Part shown: piece by piece, positions 50,951 to 62,349 of the stretch | Layout of the letters: each line of letters opens with the position of its first letter | Numbering within the stretch: position 1 is the first letter of the stretch | Assembly: GCA_000002445.1 (NCBI GenBank) | Contig: CP000070.1 | Coordinates: 256,001-320,000, forward strand | DNA from: Trypanosoma brucei | Lineage: Eukaryota | Direction: 5' to 3' | DNA length: 64,000 nt | Translations under genes and position numbers: made by a program | Notes under the pieces: model-generated | Told to the model about the DNA's origin: nothing | Seen by the model: only the letters and a program-made list of their open reading frames with translations | Databases searched by the model: none

Positions 50951-52273
50951 ATGTCTGTCACTTGCTGCGCCTATAGGAGGATACTGAAGCACTTGCAAAG
51001 AAGCGCAGTCAGATATGGGAAACAGGAGGAAATTTGTTTCGCTGTGTTTGGGCGCGCACTGAATATGAATGATTTTGCTGCCGCTGGGTATGGCGAAACA
51101 GCTCAGCAGGTAGCTCGGTCCATGTTCTCCCGGCCCAGCATCTCCGGTATCTCGTGCGATGAACCCGCACAACGGCTTGTTGGCGCATTTGACATGTTGC
51201 GGCGTTTTGCCGAGGTTACCACTGCCACAGGTAGTTCCAAGGTCGAACGAAGTATGGATGAGACTGAGCGTTCGCAGAATGAACCGAAGGAGCCAAAGGG
51301 AAGTGGGACGACGACATCTTCGGGGATTAGGAGGGCTGTTGTGATGGATTCCGTGAAGGTAGTTGGTGAAACAAGCAAGCCCGTGTCACCTGGGGTGGAA
51401 GAGGATCAAGCAAATGGTGGTAAAGGGTGCGAAAACGGCATCGAAGATGATGAGGACCAAGTGACTGACGGCTTTCATGTCGGGGAAGGGTCGGTGTACA
51501 TTGAGAGTTCTGTAAGTCAAAAGGTGCGAAAAATATCGCGACGCGTACTTGTATGCTTGGATTTGTTTAAGATACCCCCATATCGGCACATGATGCCCCC
51601 AGAACCACTCTATCCAACGAACATACGTGTGAGGTTTAAGTTCCCATTGATGAGGGATGCGATGCTTTGCATGGCGGCGTCCGTGGGCAAAGGCAACATC
51701 AATGGAACCCTTGAGCGCAAGAGGATACTCAACGAGGAAGATTACGGCGTGGTGTGTAACGTTATCCCCACGAGGACGATCACGGTAACCGATCATCTTG
51801 AGGTGGAACTGCGCACAGAGTACGTCCTTTCGAGAACTTACAACAGTGCGGAGGACGATGACGAACACATGAAGGTTCACCCTGTAGAAGGGGATTGTGA
51901 ATCCATCGTTTCCGGTGACGACAGCGGTACGAACATCCAGCATATATTTCGCTACTTTGTATTTATCCGGAACTATGGACCAGAGAAAAACGAGAAGAAA
52001 TGGCACGCTCAACTGCTTTCTCGACACCTGGTTATTTTTGACGAGGAGAAGGAAGCTGTTACGGAGGTGATTGGCCCCGGTTTAGCGGGGAATGTGCCTC
52101 TCTTGCCACCAGGAGGGTCGCACTTCTACGAAAGCGGCTTGTCTCTGTACGGGACGTCAGGTGTAATGCGGGGGACTTTCCAGATCAACACATATAACGA
52201 AAGCGGTGAGTCCCGCTGCATCGATATACACATTGCCCCGACACGTTTGGCTCCAAAAGAGGGATCGAAATGA
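50951..52273 (+). CDS. Hypothetical protein
   Basis: 440-aa ORF on the + strand. No recognisable domain. Confidence 0.4.
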   Translation: MSVTCCAYRRILKHLQRSAVRYGKQEEICFAVFGRALNMNDFAAAGYGETAQQVARSMFSRPSISGISCDEPAQRLVGAFDMLRRFAEVTTATGSSKVERSMDETERSQNEPKEPKGSGTTTSSGIRRAVVMDSVKVVGETSKPVSPGVEEDQANGGKGCENGIEDDEDQVTDGFHVGEGSVYIESSVSQKVRKISRRVLVCLDLFKIPPYRHMMPPEPLYPTNIRVRFKFPLMRDAMLCMAASVGKGNINGTLERKRILNEEDYGVVCNVIPTRTITVTDHLEVELRTEYVLSRTYNSAEDDDEHMKVHPVEGDCESIVSGDDSGTNIQHIFRYFVFIRNYGPEKNEKKWHAQLLSRHLVIFDEEKEAVTEVIGPGLAGNVPLLPPGGSHFYESGLSLYGTSGVMRGTFQINTYNESGESRCIDIHIAPTRLAPKEGSK

Positions 52274-53053
52274 TCTTGCGCTACGTTATGTAGTAGACGA
52301 GATTACTGGACGCTGAAGGAGGATGGGGATGGGGAGTATGAGCACGAGACCTCAACGCATTTGTGTGAGGCGCACCAGGGAGGGGGGGGGGACGTCAACA
52401 GGTACGAGCCCAAACGAACATCACAAGGTCCTCTATTTTTTCAACTGTTTTAAAATATTCACCTAATATGCTGAGGTTTCGTGGTGCACGTGTAGGTTTC
52501 TATGAATGCATGAGCGACTACGTGGGCCGGTCGCTAACTGCTGTAGCTTCTCACTGTGTTGTCATTTTGCTCCGATCTTCTTGCGATGTTCTGTTTTGGA
52601 GCCGGCTATTTCACAAATGGAACACATGCGTTTCCCCCAAGAAACGGCGTACGTTTGTATGCGTGTAGTTTGAAGGAGGGACTTGGAGCGATGAGTCGGA
52701 AAAAGGACCGAAATGCAAGCGGTCATACCATTCAGCACTCACGTGCATTTTGGTTGGTGCGTATCTGTACTCACTTTTTACCATGAGTGTTACCTGCCGC
52801 GAGGGGTAACGTGACTGTACGACAACGTGGGTAAGCTTTCTTGGACAACTCATAATTCTGCAGGTCTTTTCTTTTTTCCTCCCTTCGTCGTTTTTGTATG
52901 CAAATTTGTTATCTTTTCCCCACATTTCAAACACTTGCGATCTATCCAATCCCGCGTGAGTAGTAACAGGTCTTGCACTGAAGCGGGGAGAGAGGTGGCC
53001 GGAAGAAAGTAATACACCAATCAGGGGAGCAGTGGGGAGAATACTTTAGCTCT

Positions 53054-55609
53054 GTGCTACACCGTAAACAGAAGGCAAACACTGAAATGCACGAACCTCG
53101 TGAAGTAGTTCCTCTGGAGCGCGCTTTCCTGGACGTTCCCGACGTCTCGGAGGACGTACATTGGCTTTTGCGCCGGTTCGTCAACGAAGACGGTGTCGTC
53201 CTGGGTTGGGGCCTTTGTCGCAACGGTGAACTGGGGACGGGTACTCGGAACAACGTCATTACGCCGTTTATCATTGGTGGTTTGGATAAACCGATTCGCA
53301 TAGGATGCTCCTCCATGACCTCCGTGTGGCTAGGCGTCCGCGGTGCTGTCCTTACAATGGGTGGTGGCATGTGGGGTGAACTTGGCGTTCCGGACCCACA
53401 GGTGATGCCACTTCTCTCCTGCACTGAACATGGCGTGCCTATTTCAACCGCACAAATTGATCTCCGGCAATTCAATTGGAATGAGATGATTGTGGACGTC
53501 AAGGGAGGGCATGCATTTTTTGCTGCACTTTCTAGCAAAGGGGAGGTGTTATTGTGGGGGGCAAACGATTACGCCCAATGTACTCCTGAGGTAAGGGGAG
53601 CGTGCTGTGCAACACCACGCAAACGCCGTGTGGCGGCTGAGAGAATTGTGGAGGTTGCTTGCGGCAACTATACCGTTTTGGCCCTCTCAGAGCGTGGTGA
53701 AGTATACGGCTGGGGCTACACCCTTCTCCTTGGCGAGGAGGAATCGACGTGGAAGACGTTGCCCCCGAATCATTTGAAAAGAGTGATTGTGGATGGCGAA
53801 GAGAGGGGTACCGTCGTGCAACCTGTTAAAATTCGTTCGTTGAGTTCCAAGTCGATAAGCCACATACGGATGGGACCGTGGCATGCCTTTGCGTTTAGCA
53901 GTGAAGGCCGTGCTTATAGCTGGGGTCTAGGGGAGGGTGGCCGACTGGGGCACGGTGACGAGGAAAACGTCAGCTTACCAAAGGAAGTCAAGGGGCTTAA
54001 ATCAGCTGTGGTTGAGGTTGCGTGCGGCAGTTTCCACACATGTTTGGTAACCTCCAGCGGCCTCGCGTACGCCTGTGGAGATAACCAAGGCGGCCAATGC
54101 GGAGTCCCCGGTGAAGTCATAGTTACAACCTTTCGTCAACTCGACCTTCCACTACGCCATAAGGTGATATCGGCGTCGTGTGGGCGACACCATACGTTGC
54201 TGCTTTTAGAAACGGGAGAAGTCGTAGCATACGGAACGGGGTTGGGCGTTGGTGTAGGACTGGGGCACGGCTTGCGGATGATACGAGGTGTTCCCATCAT
54301 GGACAACTACATATCACTATGGCTGACAAGTGGGTCGTGCCACAACTTCTCCCTTAGCTTACCCAAGAACCTTTCCATGCTTATACTAGGGCTGCCACAC
54401 CGGGGGGTTCACAGTGCGATTTCAGTCATTGGGGTAAAGGAGGGACTCTTAACTGCTGCTTTGGGACAGGGCTTTTCCATCATATTGAATAGACGCGGCG
54501 TGTGTTATGCAATGGGAATGGGTGGATGGGGACAACTCGGCATTGACCTCAGTAAAGTGCGGGATTTCACTCACGATAGGGTGCCTGTTGTGCGGCATGC
54601 CACCAAAATAACCAGTCTTAGTTCCTCAGCGATCGTGCAAGTTAGCGCCGGGATTTGCTTCTCGGCGGCACTCAGCGATACCCAGCGTGTCTTTACGTGG
54701 GGAAGCAACGTGTACGGTCAGTGTGGACTCGGTGTTAGTCCTATAGAGAACCCACGCATTGCTGAACCTCAAGAAATTGGATGGCTTGCCGATAAGATGA
54801 TCGTCCAAGTGGCGTGTGGTTGTTTTTTTGCTCTGGCGCTGAGTGCAACTGGTTGCGTTTACAGCTGGGGCAACATTGAGTGTTGTGGCGTGGGCGACTT
54901 GCCGCTGCCACCGGAGATACCAGACAACCTTGTAATGGAGTCGTTAGGAAACGATAGCACTGCCAGTATCCTTATGCCAGTGGAAGTGCCAAGTCTTTCC
55001 AACATCGTAGCCGTGGCAGCTGGGGCTTGGCATGCAATGGCGTTGAACGCTGCGGGGGAAATTTACGCATGGGGCATTGGTGCTTGTGGACGACTTGGTT
55101 ACGGTGGAGAAGATGACCGCATCACTCCTGTGAAGGTGTTGCTTTCCGCTTTCGCTACAAAAATTGGATGCGGACCCTTTGGGAGTTACGCCATCACCGA
55201 TGAAGGCAAGCTGTATGTGTGGGGCGCCAATGGAAGGGCTCAGCTTTCTGCTACAGGAAGCCGCATTCTCCTTCCAACGCATGTGCTCGATGATGTGATG
55301 GAGGCCACATTGGGGAAGTATTTTGCCCTTGTCCTTACTCGCTCCCGTGAGTTCAGGTTTTCGGGCGTGATGGAGCACCAGAAGGGCGTGTACGTCAGCG
55401 AGTCGTTTAACGACCTGAGGAATATACCTCCAGAGTTATCCAGGGACAACCTGTCGATGGAAGGATGCCAAGGCGTACGAGTGTTTGCCGGGGTGGAGCA
55501 TGCAATTGTGCTCGTGGAAAAGGACCCACTACCACCAGCTGTGGTTACTGAGCTGCACTACACGTTGCGGGATCGGCCGGCGCAAATTATCAGGCGAAGT
55601 GCCCGTTAG
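53054..55609 (+). CDS. RCC1-repeat protein (second, paralogous-looking beta-propeller protein)
   Basis: 851 aa. GWGLCRNGELGTGT, LLWGANDYAQC, YSWGLGEGGRLGHGDE, YACGDNQGGQCGVPG, FTWGSNVYGQCGLG, YAWGIGACGRLGYGGED and YVWGANGRAQL. Confidence 0.75.
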   Translation: MLHRKQKANTEMHEPREVVPLERAFLDVPDVSEDVHWLLRRFVNEDGVVLGWGLCRNGELGTGTRNNVITPFIIGGLDKPIRIGCSSMTSVWLGVRGAVLTMGGGMWGELGVPDPQVMPLLSCTEHGVPISTAQIDLRQFNWNEMIVDVKGGHAFFAALSSKGEVLLWGANDYAQCTPEVRGACCATPRKRRVAAERIVEVACGNYTVLALSERGEVYGWGYTLLLGEEESTWKTLPPNHLKRVIVDGEERGTVVQPVKIRSLSSKSISHIRMGPWHAFAFSSEGRAYSWGLGEGGRLGHGDEENVSLPKEVKGLKSAVVEVACGSFHTCLVTSSGLAYACGDNQGGQCGVPGEVIVTTFRQLDLPLRHKVISASCGRHHTLLLLETGEVVAYGTGLGVGVGLGHGLRMIRGVPIMDNYISLWLTSGSCHNFSLSLPKNLSMLILGLPHRGVHSAISVIGVKEGLLTAALGQGFSIILNRRGVCYAMGMGGWGQLGIDLSKVRDFTHDRVPVVRHATKITSLSSSAIVQVSAGICFSAALSDTQRVFTWGSNVYGQCGLGVSPIENPRIAEPQEIGWLADKMIVQVACGCFFALALSATGCVYSWGNIECCGVGDLPLPPEIPDNLVMESLGNDSTASILMPVEVPSLSNIVAVAAGAWHAMALNAAGEIYAWGIGACGRLGYGGEDDRITPVKVLLSAFATKIGCGPFGSYAITDEGKLYVWGANGRAQLSATGSRILLPTHVLDDVMEATLGKYFALVLTRSREFRFSGVMEHQKGVYVSESFNDLRNIPPELSRDNLSMEGCQGVRVFAGVEHAIVLVEKDPLPPAVVTELHYTLRDRPAQIIRRSAR

Positions 55610-56318
55610 TCCTCCTTTCAGCGTTTTTTTCATCGTTTACAGTATTGTCGTCATTTTTATTTCTTTACTGTTGTAACTTCCGTTATCGTGTTGTTGTTTT
55701 AATCCTTTCTTGACGCTGTTTTATTTTTTGCCTCCTTAATTTGCCTGCAAATTGACTTCTTTGGCCCCATTCTGATGCAGAACTTACGCGCATGTATGCG
55801 AATGTGGCCCGACAGTGAAGTGGCGGGAGCAGTCGCTCTGGTGTGTTGTTTTACACGCGTTCGTGTGCATTTATTTTCTTTGATCTTTTGTTTAACTTTA
55901 TCCCCTCTTTTTTTTTGTATTGTCCATCCCGCCTACCAGCGGCAATCGCGTATCATGTGTTGGAGGTTGAGGGGGTGATTGTGGAGGGGGTAAAATAATT
56001 TAAATGAAAAACAGACATAATAGAAACGAAGCTTTTAAAAAAAATTATGTGTCCAATGAAGGAAGAAGGGGAAGTGGATGTGTTAATGTTATTTTGTGCG
56101 TTGAAGTTTTTAGTCGTCCATCAAGATTGAGTTTTTCTTTACGTTTTTTTCCCTTGCTGGTGGATTCCTCCGATCCACCCCCCTCCTATTTAACCCTTAA
56201 CTTGTGAAGTGTGGGAATTGGTGTAATAAATGCAGAGGGGAGGCGGACGGAGAGTGAAGGAGGGGAGGGGAGAAAAAAGGATATCAGGGGAGGTGCTTTT
56301 AATAAAAAAAAAAGTATG

Positions 56319-56319
56319 C

Positions 56320-56371
<52 letters not shown>

Positions 56372-56378
56372 CTGTGTT
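56319..56378. repeat. Compound (TA)n-(TG)n microsatellite
   Basis: tatatatatatatatatatatatgtgtgtgtgtgtgtatgtgtatgtgtatgtctgtg. Confidence 0.9.
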
Positions 56379-57660
56379 TATTCGTATATCTACGCTTTAT
56401 TTGTTTAGTTAGTTGCCTTTTCCTTATTGTTACAAGTTATACTGTTGATATTGTTGATATTTTTCATCTACTCGCACATCTCACTTTGCCCTGCAACGCA
56501 ACAGGCTTATCGCATTACCGTATCGCAGAATACCGTTCTTCAACCATCGAAGCCACATTTACTCGAAAAATATCGTGCCTGTCATTTACCTATTTATTTA
56601 TTCATTTTCCTTCTTAATGATTACTGGTTCCTTCATCTTAAACCATTACAAGGGGAGCCATCGCTGGTATATGTATTGCTTCACTGTGTCTACTTATGTA
56701 TGTATCAGCGTAAAGAAGAATATTGAATACGCTCCGTCACTTTCCGCCTTGCCTTTTTTTCTTTAGTTTCAGGAATTTTTACAGTTCTGTAAGCATCCGA
56801 CGAGCCGTCTTGTATTTCTGTGCAAATGGTCGTGTGGATGCTGTAGAGAGAAATGCGTTGAGTTGTTGTATGTAGTGAAATAGAGGTGACGGGTATGAAC
56901 TTCTTCTACAAAGAAAAATCGCAGAAGGAAAGCACGCACTTAATGACTAGCATCCATTGTAAGCGCCACTGTCACGCCGTATGAGTGCACTTTATCAGTT
57001 CTAATTTCTTAATTCATTATTTTTTGCGCTGGTACTCTTAAGGGTGTAACACGATGTGCTTGTTTGCGTGTTGAGGACGGCGTGTAGGGAGTTTTAGCAT
57101 AAAACAAAAAAGGCGACAGGCACCAACCTGGGTCATGATCATTCTCTTCACCTATTTTTTTCCCCTTCATTATTGTTATTTTTCCTGCGCTATATCGTTT
57201 GCGAACTGCGGCAAATAGATGAGTAAATAAATATTTAGAAACGTAAAAGGTAGTGACTGTACAAGAACTCAAGTAAACAAAGTACGGTTTCCTCTGTGTG
57301 TTTGCGCGAAAACTGTTTTTGAAGAAGAATGAGCGGTGCCAGAAACTTATTACTTTCTCTCCGTCTGCGCTTGCAGTTTGTGTGTATATATCTTTCCTGC
57401 CTTTTCCTGTTCTGTTTTGCTCCCTCTTAATTCCTTCCGGCCATTACCGGGATAGTGTCTTTGAGTAGTTGTTGCCTGACCTGCAAGCACTCCTGTGGTC
57501 CACTGAGAGTGTTATTATCATTATTGCAGGCTTTCCCCTGCTGCTGTCAAATAACAGGGTCACACAAAAAGGGAAAGAAAGAGAAGGGGAGAGGAGGGAA
57601 GTTAGTGAAGGTTAAGGGACAAAACAGACATAGTGTGAGGAAGTAGCGGATTGCTGTCAT

Positions 57661-57676
57661 ATATATATATATATAT
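57661..57676. repeat. (AT)n microsatellite
   Basis: Direct read. Confidence 0.85.
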
Positions 57677-57816
57677 TTCCCCAAATACTAATCGTAGTAA
57701 GTCAAGGAGAGCACAAGAAGAAATAATAACGAGCGCAAACTCGTTCCCTTATATACAAGTTATTGTTTCCCTGCGGCAGTAAACTACCCGGTTGTTCATA
57801 TTAGCGGGAAGGAAAG

Positions 57817-60800
57817 GTGGTACGGGAGAGGGGCAGAAGAGGGTTAGTGAATTTTTTTTTGTTTTTCGAACCCCCTCCCCCAAAATCCATGGAGCATCAA
57901 AACGACCGCTGCACTTATTCCGTTCGCCCGCACGGGAAGTTGCAAGAATACTTGCTGGAACTCGAGAGTAAACTCCGGAATACCGCCGCACTGCTCCGTG
58001 AGTTCGGCACAACACCTAAGGGGAGCGATGCGGAGGGCTCTCCTGCCAATTGCACCACCTCTGCAGCGCAATCGGTGGGTGCGTACATCGAGGAACTACA
58101 GGGAGAAGTTGAGGCGTATGATGAACTTATCAACGAGCGACTAAAACAAATACGCCACCAGGCGGATGCAGCCTCGCAGGTGCACGTGGCATATCAAAAG
58201 ATGTTTCCGGACCATTCTCTCAAACCGAATACGATTAGCCCTGCAGAGAGGAAGCCATCAGCTAGTAGAGGTGTCTGTTACGACGGTGTTCGTCGATACC
58301 TTTCTCACTTTATAAACTGGGATCCATTGGAATTTGCTCGTGTCCCGGGTGGTGAAGACGAGGCTAATTGGGATCCACGAACGTCTCCCGCGCCTAGAAA
58401 CAGCGCTTCATTGTATCCGACCGAGGGAATTAAGGGGGATGGCGGTGATCGGAACTGTGGGCCATGGTCGCATGCTCATTCGACGCCTAACCACCAGTCG
58501 CAGTGGTCGGGAGCTCCGTGCGGCCCACGCGGATCGGGTCAGCAGTGCGGTAGACGAGGGATAAAATCTGTAGTGGATGATTTGGTGGTTCGGCAGCTTC
58601 AGTATGACGGCGTCCCGCTAACAACGACGATGGAGATGGATCTGGGATGCTATAATGGATTGGCGGCTGCATGTGAAAAGAATCCCACGAGGAGCAGCCA
58701 TCCAGTAAGCGTGGCGGTGCCGCAGGAGATCCGTTGCGGAGTCCTGCGACCGTGTTCACTTCGGGAGGAAAGCGTGGACATACTGCAAATGGTAACGGAC
58801 GCCTACCCGCGTACCGTTCAGTGGATTGTTAATATCGTTAATCTTTGCATCTCCTCCGCAGATATTCCGAGGACGGTCATGACGACTGCTGAAGGATTGG
58901 CACTGCTACTAGAGGCAGATGCTAATGGAGCCATACCGCACACGCAGCAAACGAGGGAGAGTGAGAGCCAATCGAGCAAGGTGTTTTTCCCAGCGGTTTC
59001 TGCACCAGAAGCGGAACCGACGCCGGATCGTGACATGCGCGAGACTCAGGAAACACCGGAACTCGGCGATGTTGTGCGGCTTCACAGAAGTGCTGCCTTC
59101 TTGTGGTCCTCGCAATTGAATGAGGAAGTCGAAGACGGAGAGGATGATGAACTCGCGGAAGCCACCAGTAGAGATGCCGGTACCGATATGGCTCCAGACG
59201 AGGAGCAAGATTATCTCGAGGAACACGAATATTATGTAGGCATGGAAGATCTTATACATGCAGATGTGGAAGCCGATGAGGTGGAGGAAGACGAGGACGA
59301 CGATGGAGATGGAGATGACGGCCGGATATTTGTGAATGACAGCGCAGGAGAGGAAGAAGACGAGGTGGATGAGGATATGCTTGAGGAAGGGGAAGATGTC
59401 GGCGAAGAGGAGACTGAAGACGACTACAGATACTTGCAACAGCAGCGAAACGCAGAGGAAGGTGACGTTGGCGGAGGAATCCGGGGTCGAGGGGAGGGAG
59501 GAGAGAAACAAGGAGAGCCAACTGCGTCCACGGAACAGAATGAAGTCCAACTCGTCGCTTTCGTGATGCAGCGACTGAAGGTATTCCTGTCAGACCTCGT
59601 GATTATTACGGCACTGCAACAGCTGGCGCTGATGGTTTCGGCGGCTCGGGCTACAATGTCAGACATGACGATTAACGGGGGCGAAGACGGTGACACAACT
59701 TCGTTGACACTGCAGCGAGCCGCTGAGTTCGCCTTAGCGTTATGTCGTCATCCGTCCGTGGCATGGCGGCTTGCAGTCGAGAACGGGTTTCATCAGTCTC
59801 ACACGCTGGGTGATGGTGATCCTCAGGTCAGTGGTGATGCTGCGCGGCCGTCCGCACTGCTGCTTTCTTTCCGTCACATTCTCGTGGCACTTGGGTACAT
59901 GCCGTTAGCCCTGGGAAATGAGCACAGACGTGCCTGTGAGGAGTCACAAGTGAATGGGAACTCACATGGTGGGAAACAGGCACAGGAACGCCTGCTGTGG
60001 TGTGTGGCGCCCTTTCTGCGCTTGTGGGGTGACAACCAGCGATCGTACTCTGGTGTTGGCGTTCCAACAGATCCCATGTATGGTTTCGTCGAGGATAGTC
60101 GTGGTACTGGTGGGGCCGCGGTAGCCGTTCCGATATGCACGACGCCGTTAGTGTGGCAAGAAAGCGTTCTCATGAGCCTCCTTGATCAGGTAGGGAAATT
60201 GAAACAGCTTGAGGAGCTTCTTCAACAGGAAGGACATAATGTGAAGCAAGCGGCATCTTCCTTCAATACAACTCCCCAACCAGAGAGCCTGCTTTATCGC
60301 TTCATATATCCACTTAGTGCACCTGTGCTGCGTAATCTTGACGATTGCTGCGAAAGGGGTCTCATCACGACATTCGGAGGTAGTCCTTCGCAACGCACGA
60401 GTATGAGCGAGTCACCGCAAGGTACCCCTTTTCGCCTGCCGCCCCCACAGCAGCAACCAACGTCACCGGCCGCAGCTATCAGTACCCAGCGGCGCTCAAT
60501 AATCAGCGGGTTTCGCGGCATGTTGCAAGGCTGGACGGGCTCTCGAAACAACAATCGTCGCAACACCGATACCGATCCTGCTGTAACCAGTGGGGACGAC
60601 GCCCAATCCCAGGATCCCACTGCCTCTCCGAAGCCTTCAGCACCCCAGCATACCGTGATCTTGGAGCTTCCCCACGCCAGCACGATTTTGTTGCAGCAAG
60701 ACGAGCTACAACGACGCGCTACATCCGCGTTACTTTATCCCAAGGAAAATCTGAGCTTCCATTCGGCGAACCCCGTTAGGTTGCTAAACTCATTTGTTGT

Positions 60801-61113
60801 GTGGCAACCGATGTTCCAGAAAACCATGTGCTACTGCCCGATAACACGCAGACGTTGTATTGACGCGTGTGTGCACGGTATCACTCCCGAGCAATATAAG
60901 GAAGCGCCGACGTCCCTCACAACTGGGGCTGAGTCGGGGTTCAATCCCGCGCAGTTGTTAAACTGTGGTCACGTGATTTCATATCGCGCGATGATGGCAC
61001 TGGCAGAACGGCCGCAGCGACTGGTCAGAGGGTCATCAAACGGCGTGCGATGTCCGTATTGCACAATGGTGACTCCGTTGGAGCAGTCGCTGATGCTATC
61101 GTGTATTTACTAG
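57817..61113 (+). CDS. Large acidic protein with a C-terminal degenerate RING of the GID/CTLH E3 type (MAEA/Gid9- or RMD5/Gid2-like)
   Basis: 1098 aa. The C-terminus reads CPITRRRC...LLNCGHVISYRAMMALAERPQRLVRGSSNGVRCPYCTMV. This parallels the MAEA/Fyv10 RING-Gid segment CPI(L/S)KE...L.CGHVISK.aL..L..NG..KFKCPYCP. The central region has a long Asp/Glu-rich stretch. Confidence 0.5.
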   Translation: MVRERGRRGLVNFFLFFEPPPPKSMEHQNDRCTYSVRPHGKLQEYLLELESKLRNTAALLREFGTTPKGSDAEGSPANCTTSAAQSVGAYIEELQGEVEAYDELINERLKQIRHQADAASQVHVAYQKMFPDHSLKPNTISPAERKPSASRGVCYDGVRRYLSHFINWDPLEFARVPGGEDEANWDPRTSPAPRNSASLYPTEGIKGDGGDRNCGPWSHAHSTPNHQSQWSGAPCGPRGSGQQCGRRGIKSVVDDLVVRQLQYDGVPLTTTMEMDLGCYNGLAAACEKNPTRSSHPVSVAVPQEIRCGVLRPCSLREESVDILQMVTDAYPRTVQWIVNIVNLCISSADIPRTVMTTAEGLALLLEADANGAIPHTQQTRESESQSSKVFFPAVSAPEAEPTPDRDMRETQETPELGDVVRLHRSAAFLWSSQLNEEVEDGEDDELAEATSRDAGTDMAPDEEQDYLEEHEYYVGMEDLIHADVEADEVEEDEDDDGDGDDGRIFVNDSAGEEEDEVDEDMLEEGEDVGEEETEDDYRYLQQQRNAEEGDVGGGIRGRGEGGEKQGEPTASTEQNEVQLVAFVMQRLKVFLSDLVIITALQQLALMVSAARATMSDMTINGGEDGDTTSLTLQRAAEFALALCRHPSVAWRLAVENGFHQSHTLGDGDPQVSGDAARPSALLLSFRHILVALGYMPLALGNEHRRACEESQVNGNSHGGKQAQERLLWCVAPFLRLWGDNQRSYSGVGVPTDPMYGFVEDSRGTGGAAVAVPICTTPLVWQESVLMSLLDQVGKLKQLEELLQQEGHNVKQAASSFNTTPQPESLLYRFIYPLSAPVLRNLDDCCERGLITTFGGSPSQRTSMSESPQGTPFRLPPPQQQPTSPAAAISTQRRSIISGFRGMLQGWTGSRNNNRRNTDTDPAVTSGDDAQSQDPTASPKPSAPQHTVILELPHASTILLQQDELQRRATSALLYPKENLSFHSANPVRLLNSFVVWQPMFQKTMCYCPITRRRCIDACVHGITPEQYKEAPTSLTTGAESGFNPAQLLNCGHVISYRAMMALAERPQRLVRGSSNGVRCPYCTMVTPLEQSLMLSCIY

Positions 61114-62349
61114 TGATTTTTTTTGTCAGTTAGCATCTTGCGTACAAAGGGCTCCGTGTGTATAACCGAATACTGAAAAAAAAAACAACAGCAACCCTTA
61201 CGGTCGCCTGTCATTGGCGCTGAAGTAATTTACCATCACCATCACTTTCTCACTTTCTCTCGTCGTGTGCGTTTGTATTATTCTTGCTAATTCTCTCATT
61301 GTTGTTTAGTGCCGATTCTATGGTCGTTGGGGTATCCTGCCTTGCACCTTCACATTCTACGGGCCTCCGCACTCTTTCACTAAGTTTTTCAGTGAGTGAA
61401 CTTGTGAGACCATAATCACTGCAGGAATTGGGAAGCAAAGAGAAACCGAACGCCTGCTGATTTTTTTGTTTTTTCTTACACATATCTATACAGTGCTGCA
61501 AAGGGGGGGGGGGAGTAATTGAAAGGATCGTGGTTTTACCCAGCCTTTTGGCTGTGTGAAAAAATTATTCTTGGGCACACTCTCATTTATCCCTCTTGTC
61601 TCCTTTAATTCGTGCGCGGCATGATTTGTCTTCATGCAACAGCGTTACGGATTCCCGTGGAGCCGTTTTGTTTTTCCCCATACCTATCATCGTTATTGCT
61701 GGCGGTGTATCATCGGATGTAAGGAGGTGTATATTTATATATATCTTTCCCTAACGAACACCTCACCTTCTTCCCCTCCCTTCTTCCTTTGCTAGTTGTA
61801 ACGTCTGCTGTTGCTTAAGTGTGATTGGTACGGGAAATATGAACAGGGGTGGGCAATAAGAGGCGCGACAGCCAACACTGGGGGAGGGAAGGGGTGAGGG
61901 TTTGTCACTAATGCTTCTTTCCTCTGCGCTGCTGTATGTAATGTTGTTGCGTTATCTCTACAACAGAAATCTTTGGAAGTGAAAATTTTCCTTTGTGCGT
62001 GGAAATGCATACCGCTTGCATATCCCAGTTGATCAGTCGATATATTTATGCATATATTTTGGTGTGACACTTCTTCTATCGTCATTTTACCTTTGTCTTC
62101 ACTTTCTTTCGTTTGGGTGCCATCTAGCACTGATTACACAAGCAGCTTCTCCAACACCTGTCTGCTCCCCTTTCAAATTTGTGAGCTTCTAATTTTTTCG
62201 TTTCAATTCTCTGAGCTGCTACTCTTTTCCTTTTTTTTTTGGGGGGGTGCATTCGTCCTCATCCTACAAGTTGTATCTACACCGTTTTATTTACGTTTGG
62301 ACACGTGCAAACCGAATCGGCCGTCTAGGAGGAGGCGTGCGCAGGAGAC

